From Candidatus Zymogenaceae bacterium (lineage in GTDB: Bacteria > Desulfobacterota > Zymogenia > Zymogenales > Zymogenaceae): 64,000 bases of DNA. Within the stretch, counting starts at the first letter, position 1; the number at the start of each line of letters is the position of its first letter. Below are positions 29,356 through 38,672 of the stretch, piece by piece. The position numbers and the translations under genes were made by a program. Below the pieces are notes generated by a model. That model was not told the origin of the DNA. It saw nothing but the letters and a program-made list of their open reading frames with translations, and ran no database searches. The stretch spans positions 2,858-66,857 of the forward strand of contig JAFGFE010000015.1 in the NCBI GenBank assembly GCA_016931225.1, given 5' to 3'.

Positions 29356-29997
29356 GTGAGAACTACTATGCTTGAAAAACAAAACATTCCCAACTCGCTT
29401 CTGTATATTGCGCTGGTGACGATTGAGGACGTTATGGGGAAAAACGGACTCAATGCGATTCTGAATGTCAGCTCGATGACAAAATTTCGTGATAACATCC
29501 CCCCGAACGACGCGGAACAAGTATACCCGGCAACGGATTTTTCATTCCTCGTGAAAGGATTGATTGAAGTTATAGGAGAAAAGGGCGCCCGGGCGATCAT
29601 GACCAATGCCGGACGCAAGGGATTTCGAAACGTTGTTGAAAAGAGCCCGGAGCTGTTCGGCCTGGTGGGGATCGAACTTGAGAAGATGGCCGCGGACAGG
29701 GAGCGTATCTCGACATTGCTTAATGCTATTACATACGAAACAAATCAAATATTCGGAGAGGGGCATCAGACCTTCGAGGAAGTCGACGGTTCATTTATCG
29801 TCAGCATACATCGATGCAGCTGGTGCCACAGCATAGAGAACTCAAAAACCCCTATCTGTTACGGTGAGGTGGGATTTGACGACGAGGCGGTGTTCTGGGC
29901 CACGAAAAAAAGGTACAAGGTGACGGAGACCGCCTGTCGGGCAATGGGGGACCCGGCATGTGTATTTGAGATCAAGGAAAATCAGGGTGACGACTGA
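29356..29997 (+). CDS. V4R (vinyl-4-reductase-like) domain protein, probable small-molecule sensor
   Basis: 213 aa. The C-terminal Cys pattern 'HRCSWCHS...PICYGEVGFDD...ETACRAMGDPACVFEI' matches the V4R domain signature. Confidence 0.55.
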   Translation: MRTTMLEKQNIPNSLLYIALVTIEDVMGKNGLNAILNVSSMTKFRDNIPPNDAEQVYPATDFSFLVKGLIEVIGEKGARAIMTNAGRKGFRNVVEKSPELFGLVGIELEKMAADRERISTLLNAITYETNQIFGEGHQTFEEVDGSFIVSIHRCSWCHSIENSKTPICYGEVGFDDEAVFWATKKRYKVTETACRAMGDPACVFEIKENQGDD

Positions 29998-30009
29998 ACA
30001 CAACTGAAG

Positions 30010-30023
30010 CAGGGCATTCCCTG
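30010..30023. terminator. weak hairpin between the convergent V4R gene and a hypothetical gene
   Basis: CAGGG-CATT-CCCTG. There is no clear U-tract on either strand. Confidence 0.2.
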
Positions 30024-30028
30024 ATGTG

Positions 30029-30343
30029 TCAGTCGATCTCCCTGGGAGAAACCACCTTATCCATCACCCGACGGAACTGATTGAGTTCCTTGATGATGGA
30101 AGGGTGGTTTCCTTTTTCGGAGATGAGTTTGGGAAGGTCCCGGGTTGCGTATATATGCATGGTGGCGGGGAGTCCCTTCACGTCCACAAGGATTTTTCCC
30201 TGGTCATGAAGGGATTTCGCGGCGTCAACCGCCCGGGAAAAATCGGACTGGGCGTCAAGAATACCGTCGCTGTTCTCCGACTCGAGGGAAGCAATAAGGT
30301 GAGTGAGAGAAGATCGTATGGCGTCTATGGACGATTGGGACAT
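30029..30343 (-). CDS. hypothetical protein
   Basis: Start set at the ATG for 'MSQSSIDAIR' with a GGAG ribosome-binding site; the longer ORF begins at 30397. Last gene of the dxs-tlyA-glpQ operon. No recognisable motif. Confidence 0.4.
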   Translation of the reverse strand: MSQSSIDAIRSSLTHLIASLESENSDGILDAQSDFSRAVDAAKSLHDQGKILVDVKGLPATMHIYATRDLPKLISEKGNHPSIIKELNQFRRVMDKVVSPREID

Positions 30344-30464
30344 AATGAATCTCCGCTGCATGGGTGTAGAAAAAGAGAATCCAATCTCTGCGGGCATCTT
30401 TCAGCTTTTGATGTCGGTGAGTGAAAAACGATTCAGGGTCCGAAGGAGAGAAGAAGAATTTCGC

Positions 30465-31301
30465 CTATGCCGTGCGTCTCTCTTCGAGAACGGCCAGCGC
30501 CCGTTCGGGATGGTCTGTGAAGATACCGTCAACGCCCATATCAAAGAGCCGTCGCATATCCGATTCCTCGTTGATGGTCCACACGTGTACGTGAACGCCG
30601 TATCTATGTGCGTATGAGAGAAATCGGCGGGTGACGACGGGAATGATCGATTGCCGCTCCGGGACCTGCAGAGCGGTGAAGGGATAGTCACGGATCTTTC
30701 TGTCGCACCGGGCGGATCGAACAAGTACACGCAGTACGTCTTCCTTGCACGCACCGGTGAGGGTGGTCGGTCTCTCTCTTTGAATATATCTCATCGCATC
30801 AGGCGGGAACGACGCCAATAGAAACCGATCCAGGGCGTTGTTCGATTCGAGCACGTCAAGCACAATCTTCGTGCTCTGTTCGGTTCCCGCCTTGATTTCC
30901 ATATTCACCGGGATATCCTGAAACGTCTGAACGAACTCCTCAAGGGTGGGGACCTGAACCCCCGTGCCGCGGAATGGATGCGTCGAACCATTGTCGGGAG
31001 AGAATGAATACCCTGCGTCTAAATCCTTCAGTTCCTTCAGCGTCAGGTCTTCGACATGCACGTCAACCCCGGCGGTGCGAAGGAGGCTTGGATCGTGGGC
31101 GAGCACCGGGATACCGTCTCGTGTGATGCGGGTGTCCGTCTCCAGCACGTGGGCGCCGATCTGTACCGCGGCCTGGAATGAGGGGAGGGTGTTTTCGGGA
31201 TACGTTCCCGAGGCGCCTCGATGGGCGAAAATGATCGGTCGGGGAAGACCGAAGAATGATTTCATGGGAATGGTCTTTTTGGACGCATGTTTTTTAGACA
31301 T
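30465..31301 (-). CDS. glycerophosphodiester phosphodiesterase family protein
   Basis: 'IIFAHRGASGTYPENT' (the His-Arg catalytic motif) and 'HVLETDTRITRDGIPVLAHD'. GGAG ribosome-binding site before the first ATG. Confidence 0.8.
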   Translation of the reverse strand: MSKKHASKKTIPMKSFFGLPRPIIFAHRGASGTYPENTLPSFQAAVQIGAHVLETDTRITRDGIPVLAHDPSLLRTAGVDVHVEDLTLKELKDLDAGYSFSPDNGSTHPFRGTGVQVPTLEEFVQTFQDIPVNMEIKAGTEQSTKIVLDVLESNNALDRFLLASFPPDAMRYIQRERPTTLTGACKEDVLRVLVRSARCDRKIRDYPFTALQVPERQSIIPVVTRRFLSYAHRYGVHVHVWTINEESDMRRLFDMGVDGIFTDHPERALAVLEERRTA

Positions 31302-32064
31302 TGACCCGCTCCGATGGTTTGTAAAGATAAATGAAAAATTCCGTGTTTCCCTTGGGACCCATTAAAGGTGAGGTGCAGGTGCCTTTCACGACGAAGCCCA
31401 GCTCCTGTGCAGCCGCGGCGACGGAGTCGACGGCTTTTTTGTGTTTTTTTTCATCCCGCACCACACCACCCTTTCCCACATCACCCCTTCCCACCTCGAA
31501 CTGTGGTTTGATAAGGGCGATGGCGTAACCACCGGAGGTGAGGATGTCAAAGACCCTCGGCAGCACCAGTGAGAGCGAGACGAAGGATACATCGATGACC
31601 GCGAGGTCTATCGGTTCGGGAAAGGCATCGATAGTAGTGTGGCGGATGTTCGTGCGTTCCATGAGCACGACCTTAGGATCCGACCGGAGGCTCCAGGCAA
31701 ACTGGCCATATCCCACATCCAGTGAGTAGACCCTCTGTGCGCCGCTTTTGAGGAGACAATCGGTGAAGCCGCCGGTGGACGCTCCCACATCCAGGGCGAC
31801 GGCATTACCCGGGTCATGCCCGAATTCGTCCAGAGCGCCCTGGAGCTTTACACCGCCCCTGCTCACGTACGGGTGCGGCGGGGAGACGATCGAAAGGTCG
31901 TCATCGGTGCTCACCCGAAATCCCGCCTTGTCGACGCGGTCGCCGTTTACAAGAACGTGTCCCGCCATGATGACCGCACGGGCCTTCTCCCTGGAAGGAA
32001 CCAGGCCCCCCTCGACAAGGGCCGTATCGAGGCGCAGTTTATCGCGTGCCGTGTACGGTTTCAT
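31294..32064 (-). CDS. tlyA: TlyA family rRNA (cytidine-2'-O)-methyltransferase
   Basis: S4 domain 'RLDTALVEGGLVPSREKARAVIMAGHVLVNG', then an FtsJ-like MTase 'ALDVGASTGGFTDCLL'. Start set at the internal ATG (MKPYTARDKL); the ORF extends to 32181. Confidence 0.85.
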   Translation of the reverse strand: MKPYTARDKLRLDTALVEGGLVPSREKARAVIMAGHVLVNGDRVDKAGFRVSTDDDLSIVSPPHPYVSRGGVKLQGALDEFGHDPGNAVALDVGASTGGFTDCLLKSGAQRVYSLDVGYGQFAWSLRSDPKVVLMERTNIRHTTIDAFPEPIDLAVIDVSFVSLSLVLPRVFDILTSGGYAIALIKPQFEVGRGDVGKGGVVRDEKKHKKAVDSVAAAAQELGFVVKGTCTSPLMGPKGNTEFFIYLYKPSERVNV

Positions 32065-33970
32065 CAATATCGGTAGGTGCCTTTTCTCTTGTACCGAGAA
32101 GGTCCAGGGCGGCCTGAAAGATGCCCCGGGATGACAGGTCGTATCGATCTCTGAGTACGCTCTGGGGGCCGTGCTCCACAAACCGGTCGCCGATGCCCAA
32201 TCGTTTTATCGACCGGGGGAGGGCGGAGTCCGCAGCGAGCCCCTCGAGGATCGCGCTGGAAAAGCCGCCGCTCAAAATCCCCTCTTCGATCGTCAAAAGA
32301 GCGCCGGTTTTTTGTACCGATGCGCTGATGGCGCGGATGTCCAGCGGCTTGACGAAACGGGCATCGATGACCGTTGCGGTTATTTTTCTGGTTAAGAGTC
32401 GCCGGGCCGCATCCATGGCTGGCTCCACCATCGAACCGATGGCGACGATGGTCAGGTCATTGCCTTCGATGAGTGTTTCGGAGGTTCCGATGGGAATGGG
32501 CTGAGGATCGTCGTCCACAGCGACACCCAGGGCTTTCCCCCTCGGATATCGAACGGCGATCGGTTTTTTGCACTCGACCGCCGTGACAAGCATGCGGGCG
32601 AACTCGTTTTCATCCCGGGGGGCCATGATAATGAGGTTTGGAATGTTCCTGAGATAGGACATGTCAAACAGCCCGTGATGGGTGGGGCCGTCTTCTCCCA
32701 CAATGCCGCCGCGATCTATGGCGAAGATCACCGGGAGGTCCTGCAGGGCAACGTCATGGAGTATCTGGTCGTAGGCGCGCTGGAGAAAGGTGGAATACAC
32801 CGCGACGATGGGGATGAGCCCCTGAGTCGCCAGGCCCGCCGCAAAGGTGACCGCGTGCTGCTCGGCGATGCCCACATCGAAGAATCTGTCCGGGAAACGA
32901 CCGGAAAAGGTGGTAAGCCCCGTACCCTCCGCCATGGCGGCCGTGATTGCCACGATGGAATCATGTTTTTTCGCTAGCTCCACTATCACATCACTGAACA
33001 CCTTGGTGTAGGTGGGGATATCATTCTTCGGCCCGATGGGACTGCCGGTTTCCACATCGAATACCCCCACACCATGATACCGGGAGGGATTCTCCTCAGC
33101 CGGGAGGTAGCCCTTTCCTTTTTTTGTCAGGACATGAAGGAGGATCGGCCCCTCGATGTCCTTTATATTTGTAAGGGTCTCTATGAGTCGGTCTATGCGA
33201 TGTCCGTCTATGGGACCGAAATACTGGAAATTCATCGCTTCAAAGAGCATACCCGGCATCAAAAAGCCCTTGATGGCGTCTTCGGCGCGTTTTGCGACCT
33301 TATAGATATCTTCGCCGATGCCGGGCACCGATTTGAGCAGGTGAACGATCTCTTTTTTAAGATTCATCACCGGACGGGTGGAGAGCTTGCGGGAGAGGAA
33401 CGACGACAGCGCCCCGACATTGGGAGAGATGGACATCTCGTTGTCATTGACGATGACGATGACGTCCTTGACGAGATGTCCCGCCTGGTTGAGCGCCTCA
33501 AATGCCTGGCCCCCGGTGAGTGAGCCGTCGCCGATAACCGCCAGCGCCCGGGAGTCCTCGGGTTTCTTTTGGATATCCCAGGCGGTGCTGATGCCCAGGG
33601 CAGCGGATATCGAGGTGGAACTGTGACCGGTCCCGAAGACGTCTTCGGGGCATTCGGAGCGCTTGGGGAAGCCCGATATACCGTCGAGACACCTGAGTGT
33701 CCCGAAACAGTCCTTTCTTCCGGTGAGGATCTTATGGGTGTATGCCTGATGTCCCACATCCCATATGATCAGGTCTTTTGGCGGCTGAAACACGTGATAC
33801 AGCGCGATGGTCAGCTCGACGGTGCCGAGGCTCGACGCCAAATGCCCCCCGGTTTTGGAGACCGTATCTATAATCAACTCGCGGATCTCCGCGGCGAGGA
33901 GCTCCATCTCCTCAATCGACAATGATTTCAGGTCTTCCGGACCGTTGATGGTGTCAAGTATGTTTTTCAT
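32039..33970 (-). CDS. dxs: 1-deoxy-D-xylulose-5-phosphate synthase
   Basis: TPP-binding 'GHSSTSISAALG' and 'GDGSLTGG'. 643 aa. Canonical N-terminus 'LDTINGPEDLK'. Confidence 0.95.
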   Translation of the reverse strand: MKNILDTINGPEDLKSLSIEEMELLAAEIRELIIDTVSKTGGHLASSLGTVELTIALYHVFQPPKDLIIWDVGHQAYTHKILTGRKDCFGTLRCLDGISGFPKRSECPEDVFGTGHSSTSISAALGISTAWDIQKKPEDSRALAVIGDGSLTGGQAFEALNQAGHLVKDVIVIVNDNEMSISPNVGALSSFLSRKLSTRPVMNLKKEIVHLLKSVPGIGEDIYKVAKRAEDAIKGFLMPGMLFEAMNFQYFGPIDGHRIDRLIETLTNIKDIEGPILLHVLTKKGKGYLPAEENPSRYHGVGVFDVETGSPIGPKNDIPTYTKVFSDVIVELAKKHDSIVAITAAMAEGTGLTTFSGRFPDRFFDVGIAEQHAVTFAAGLATQGLIPIVAVYSTFLQRAYDQILHDVALQDLPVIFAIDRGGIVGEDGPTHHGLFDMSYLRNIPNLIIMAPRDENEFARMLVTAVECKKPIAVRYPRGKALGVAVDDDPQPIPIGTSETLIEGNDLTIVAIGSMVEPAMDAARRLLTRKITATVIDARFVKPLDIRAISASVQKTGALLTIEEGILSGGFSSAILEGLAADSALPRSIKRLGIGDRFVEHGPQSVLRDRYDLSSRGIFQAALDLLGTREKAPTDIDETVHGTR

Positions 33971-33976
33971 GGTGTA

Positions 33977-34876
33977 TTACGCCTGTCGTTCTATAACGTA
34001 TCTGCCGATGGCCCTCAGCGCCTCGGCCCGCTCGCCGAATGATGAAAGGGCGTCGATCGCCCGTTCTATCAGGTCTTTGGATCTCTTTCGGGATTCCTCG
34101 AGGCCCAACAGAGAGATAAAGGTTCGCTTCCCCCGAGCCTCATCCATGCCGGTTCTCTTGCCCAGCTTTCCCTGATCCCCCACCACATCGAGAATATCGT
34201 CGGATATCTGAAACGCGAGGCCCACACATTCGCCGTATTCGCACAATTGTTTCACTTGTATCTCGTCCCCGCCCCCCAGGATCGCCCCCGTCCGAACCGA
34301 GACGATAATGAGGGCGCCGGTCTTTTTTCGGTGAAGCATCGTGAGCGTGTCAAGGTCTATGTCCCGATGTTCCGATTCCATATCTAGCATTTGCCCGCCG
34401 ACCATGCCGGCGTCACCGGCGGCCCGGGCGATCTCGGACGAAATCTGAAGGAGAGAGGTCGGATCGGCGGCGAACCGTGTGATGTCTGAGAGCACCTCGA
34501 ACGCCTTCGTTAAAAGCGCGTCACCTGCAAGAATGGCCGTCGCCTCGCCGAATACCTTGTGGTTGGTCAGGACACCCCGGCGGTAGTCGTCATTATCCAT
34601 GGCGGGAAGATCGTCGTGTATGAGCGAGTAGGTGTGTATCAATTCCAAGGCGCACGCCGCCGGGAGGACCTGTCCCAGAGAGCCGCCCACGGTTTCGGAG
34701 GCGGCGATGGCGAACATGGGTCGGAGTCGCTTTCCTCCGGCGAAGATGCTGTATCTCATGGCCCGCCTCAGGTCGCCGGATGAATCGTCGATGGAATCGA
34801 TGATGCCCGTGAGATACTCGTCCACCCGGCCGATCCGTTCTTTGAGATATGCGCTCAGGTCGAAGGATGACATCAT
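33977..34876 (-). CDS. ispA: polyprenyl synthetase (farnesyl diphosphate synthase / geranyltranstransferase)
   Basis: First and second Asp-rich motifs 'LIHDDLPAMDNDDYRRG' and 'FQISDDILD'. Confidence 0.85.
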   Translation of the reverse strand: MMSSFDLSAYLKERIGRVDEYLTGIIDSIDDSSGDLRRAMRYSIFAGGKRLRPMFAIAASETVGGSLGQVLPAACALELIHTYSLIHDDLPAMDNDDYRRGVLTNHKVFGEATAILAGDALLTKAFEVLSDITRFAADPTSLLQISSEIARAAGDAGMVGGQMLDMESEHRDIDLDTLTMLHRKKTGALIIVSVRTGAILGGGDEIQVKQLCEYGECVGLAFQISDDILDVVGDQGKLGKRTGMDEARGKRTFISLLGLEESRKRSKDLIERAIDALSSFGERAEALRAIGRYVIERQA

Positions 34877-34953
34877 CTCGACGCCGTCACGTAGGAGTCA
34901 TGGAAAAGTGGCAACGATCCATCCTGTATGGTTTCGAGTGGGTTTCTCATCTA

Positions 34954-35190
34954 TCACGATCCCGAATCGTCGGCGTCGAAACCGTCGAGGGTAATGTGTC
35001 CGTTTTCGCTGCTTGTGAGAATCTCGATTTTCTTTTCAGCCTCTTCGATGTGCCGCGTGAGGGTACGGGTCAGCTTGATGCCTTCCTCAAAAATTGAAAG
35101 GGACTCCTCGAGGGTAAGCTCCCCCCGATCGAGACGCTCCACTATCTCTTCCAGCTTTTTGAGGCCGTCGTCAAAATCAATATTCGACAT
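34954..35190 (-). CDS. xseB: exodeoxyribonuclease VII small subunit
   Basis: 'FDDGLKKLEEIVERLDRGELTLEESLSIFEEGIKLTRT' is canonical XseB. Start set at the internal ATG; the ORF extends to 35256. Confidence 0.8.
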   Translation of the reverse strand: MSNIDFDDGLKKLEEIVERLDRGELTLEESLSIFEEGIKLTRTLTRHIEEAEKKIEILTSSENGHITLDGFDADDSGS

Positions 35191-35426
35191 TTGGTGTTCC
35201 ATACAATACTGACGCGTCGGCACCGCGCACCCTAAAAAACGATTTTGTGTGCGCAATCCGACCGGTTACTCCATATCACATTTATAACACGAAATGGTTG
35301 GTATTTCAATATTATCATTGTCAACGCCATATACCCTCAGACGTATATTCGGTGTCTGTCTCCGTCCACACGGCGATAAAGATGAGTCTACTCGATTTCC
35401 CGATGTGTCGAAACGATCTCCAAATG

Positions 35427-36284
35427 TTACGGAGAGAGGGCGTTCACCAAGTCCCATGGATTGACCTTGTTGTTTGTGTGTCTCACGCCGAAGTGGAGGT
35501 GCGCCCCGGTTACCCGGCCGGTGGCCCCCACCAGGGCGACGGTATCGCCCCGGCGGACGTCGTCTCCTTCCTCCACCAGCACATCCGACAGGTGAAAGTA
35601 CATGGTGTAGAGTCCCTGGCCGTGATCAATGAAAAGGGAGAGGCCGGAGAAGAACATATCCATGACGAGCACGGTACGGCCGTCGTTGGCCGCGAGGATA
35701 GGCGTGCCGGTGACGGCGCTGATATCGATCCCGCTGTGGGGCGATCGCGGCTCGTCGTTGATGTATCTCCTCAGACCGAACTCCCCGGTGATGCGTCCTA
35801 AAAGCGGCATCATGAAGGGCTCCGTCCAGAGCTTATCCGGCGTTTCGGTCTTGAATAGGGCGCCGATGATATTGTTTTCCCGCTGAATCCGGGCGAGGGT
35901 TTCCTCGTCATAACTGGTCCACTTCTCATCCAGTGTAAGATACTGGGTTTCGTAATCGCCGTCGACGATTGCAATCGATCGGCTGATGATCTCACTCGTG
36001 CCGTCAACGTACGAGATCTCGACTCTCAGGCTCGCGTCCTTCGGATCCGTCTGGAGGTGGGCGCTGACGAGGCCCAGGTATTCGGTGTCCGATGATGCCG
36101 GATTGAAATAGACGGTCCTGCCGTTGAAGGAGCCGACGGCGGTGCTGATGGGGCCGCCCCCGATGATGGTGACCACGTCGACCCCCCCCTGTTTAATGGA
36201 GGCGGGATAGGTGATCTCGGCGGAGAGGCCCTTGACGCCGAAGCATGCGAGTATTACGCAGCAGAAAATCAGAATGTGTTTCAT
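35427..36284 (-). CDS. M23 family metallopeptidase, secreted
   Basis: Signal peptide 'MKHILIFCCVILACFG'. M23 motifs 'HSGIDISA' and 'GATGRVTGAHLHFGV'. Start set at the internal ATG; the ORF extends to 36329. Confidence 0.8.
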   Translation of the reverse strand: MKHILIFCCVILACFGVKGLSAEITYPASIKQGGVDVVTIIGGGPISTAVGSFNGRTVYFNPASSDTEYLGLVSAHLQTDPKDASLRVEISYVDGTSEIISRSIAIVDGDYETQYLTLDEKWTSYDEETLARIQRENNIIGALFKTETPDKLWTEPFMMPLLGRITGEFGLRRYINDEPRSPHSGIDISAVTGTPILAANDGRTVLVMDMFFSGLSLFIDHGQGLYTMYFHLSDVLVEEGDDVRRGDTVALVGATGRVTGAHLHFGVRHTNNKVNPWDLVNALSP

Positions 36285-36315
36285 TCGTCTTCCGGTGTGA
36301 TGGAGAGAATACATG

Positions 36316-37221
36316 TCAGTCCGTTTCATTATCGTTTCCGTGGCGTTTGATTCCGGGGAGGTTTTCTGGATTCACGCAGGCGCCGTTCAGGAAGACACTG
36401 AAATGAAGGTGCACGCCGGTCACCCGTCCGGTGCCGCCAACCCACCCGATCTCATCGCCCCGCTCGACTGTGTCCCCCTCATCTATTGTGATGTGAGAGA
36501 GGTGGCAATAGAAGGTATACAGTCCTTTTCCGTGGTCGAGGACGACGGTCTTTCCTGAAATCACCCCTTCATACACCAGGGCCACACGCCCCCGGTTAGA
36601 AGCCGGCACCGGCGTGCCCAGGTTCGCGGCGATGTCGATGCCGCCGTGGGGATACTGGACCGTACCGTTTATGGTGCGGCGGGCGCCGAACTCCGTCGAA
36701 ATACGTCCTTCCGCGGGCCAGAGAAAGGGCTCCTTCCAGAGGCGGTCGGGACTGTTTGTCAATAAAAGGTCTTCAAGAGTTTTATGTTGTTCTTTCAACA
36801 AAGCCTTGGTCGCTTCGTCGAACGAAATCCATCCTGAATCCATCGTGAGATTCTGCGTTTTAAAATCCGTCGGGGCCACCGTGATATCGCAGGCGGCCCT
36901 CTCTATGGTTCCGCCGGCGTAACATGCGCTGATGGAAAAGGACGTCGTTCCCGTCTCTTCCACCATGTCGATTCCCAGGTACCCGGTAAACGCCCCCGGG
37001 TAGTCGCTCTGGAAAAACGGGACGGTTCTGTCCATGAAGGAGCCGGTGACCGAGACGGCGTCCTCTCCGACCCAGACGCCGACGGTGTGAATCTCTCCCT
37101 GGTGGACGACATCGGGGCAGTTGATGCGGATGGAGCCGTCGTCGGCCCGGAGCGGTGAGGAGCAGATGATACAAAGAAACACGTAAAGCGATATGAACAG
37201 GGATCGTCTGCCGTCATTCAT
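36316..37221 (-). CDS. M23 family metallopeptidase paralog, secreted
   Basis: Signal peptide present. 'HGGIDIAA' and 'GGTGRVTGVHLHFSV'. Same domain order as the adjacent paralog. Confidence 0.8.
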   Translation of the reverse strand: MNDGRRSLFISLYVFLCIICSSPLRADDGSIRINCPDVVHQGEIHTVGVWVGEDAVSVTGSFMDRTVPFFQSDYPGAFTGYLGIDMVEETGTTSFSISACYAGGTIERAACDITVAPTDFKTQNLTMDSGWISFDEATKALLKEQHKTLEDLLLTNSPDRLWKEPFLWPAEGRISTEFGARRTINGTVQYPHGGIDIAANLGTPVPASNRGRVALVYEGVISGKTVVLDHGKGLYTFYCHLSHITIDEGDTVERGDEIGWVGGTGRVTGVHLHFSVFLNGACVNPENLPGIKRHGNDNETD

Positions 37222-38524
37222 CTGTCAGGGTCCTTTTTTCTACAACGGTAACGAGGCTTCCCCGCATCAGCCGGATATCGGCCCGATCTCCCGGCTGGAT
37301 GTCTCCCGCATCTCGAAGGATTCGGCCGTCTTCCGTCCTGATGACGATGGCGTATCCCCGTGAGAGCACACCCAGCGGGCTCAGGCGATCCATTGCGGCG
37401 GTCAGGGAAAAGAGACGTTCCCTCCTCGTTTGAAGGGACCGGTTTATGGAAAAGGTCATCACATCTGAGATGCGATCGATCTTCTCCCGGGCGTAGGCCA
37501 GGGATACGGCGGGACTCCCGAGCGATCGTCTGAGCCGGATGACATCGACCCGGGCGCGTTCTGTGCGTCTTTTCACGGCGTGGATGAGTCTGGTCGCCGC
37601 CTCGTCCAGGTCCATTAGTATCTCGTCCGTACGGGGCACCACCATCTGGGCTGCGGCGGTGGGGGTGGCCGCCCGCACGTCCGCGGTCAGGTCGGAGATC
37701 GTCACATCGATTTCATGGCCCACGGCGGATATAACGGGGATATCGGAGTTGTATATCGCATCGGCGACGATTTTTGTATTAAAGGCGAGAAGGTCCTCGA
37801 AGCTTCCGCCCCCCCTGCCGACGATGATCACATCACTAAGCCCATGGGCGTTGACCGTCTCGATGCCCTCGGCGATTCTTTTCGGGGCGTCTTCCCCCTG
37901 GACGAGGCACGGCACCACCACCACGTGGGCGCCCGGCATCCGCTGGTAGATGACGCGAATCATGTCAAACAGCGCCGCACCGGTCGGGGATGTGACCAGG
38001 GCGATGGTGGAGGGAAGGGTCGGGATCGGCTTTTTCCTCGATTCGTCGAAATAGCCCGCCTCAAAGAGCTCCCGTTTGAGCTCCTCGAGGGCCGCGGTCA
38101 CGGCACCCATTCCCACCGGCTCCACCGTCTCGACAATGATCTGGTACTCGCCTCGGGCGGCGTAGACCCCGAGTCTTCCGAAGAGGACTACCTGCCGCCC
38201 CTCTTCCAGGAGAGGGGGCGGGCCGCCTGTGGCCTCCAAATCGGGAAACAGTGAATCGTTTCCGGGCCGCCCGCCCCGCTCAGCCGGCGTCTGAAGGAGA
38301 TCCGATCCCTTTTTCAATCGCGCGGCCTGGTGGCGGAACAGGACCGCCCGAATCTGGGCGGCGTCGTCCTTGAGGGTGAAGTAGATGTGTCCAGAAGAGG
38401 GGGTGCGCAGGCCCGAGATCTCTCCCTGTACCCAGACGAAGGGGAATGAGGATTCGAGGATATCGGATATCTCCGAGGTCAGATCGGAAACGTTCCATAT
38501 CGTATGAATAAGGTTGTCCTGCAC
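37214..38524 (-). CDS. xseA: exodeoxyribonuclease VII large subunit
   Basis: OB-fold N-terminus 'VWVQGEISGLRTPSSGHIYFTLKDDAAQIRAVLF'. Start set at the GTG at 38524 (the ORF continues to 38824 without homology), which leaves a divergent intergenic region before the TPR gene. Confidence 0.8.
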   Translation of the reverse strand: MQDNLIHTIWNVSDLTSEISDILESSFPFVWVQGEISGLRTPSSGHIYFTLKDDAAQIRAVLFRHQAARLKKGSDLLQTPAERGGRPGNDSLFPDLEATGGPPPLLEEGRQVVLFGRLGVYAARGEYQIIVETVEPVGMGAVTAALEELKRELFEAGYFDESRKKPIPTLPSTIALVTSPTGAALFDMIRVIYQRMPGAHVVVVPCLVQGEDAPKRIAEGIETVNAHGLSDVIIVGRGGGSFEDLLAFNTKIVADAIYNSDIPVISAVGHEIDVTISDLTADVRAATPTAAAQMVVPRTDEILMDLDEAATRLIHAVKRRTERARVDVIRLRRSLGSPAVSLAYAREKIDRISDVMTFSINRSLQTRRERLFSLTAAMDRLSPLGVLSRGYAIVIRTEDGRILRDAGDIQPGDRADIRLMRGSLVTVVEKRTLTDE

Positions 38525-38672
38525 GGATAATGCGTCCCCCCTTGACGCTGACTGTCTTCCGATGTATTGTGCCAGTGTAATCCAAAAGGAAGAGTGCCGC
38601 AAGGTGAATTTTTTACTTCCGGCGCATCTTATGTCGATTGTTTGATGGTACAACGTATGGGAGGGCGATGGG

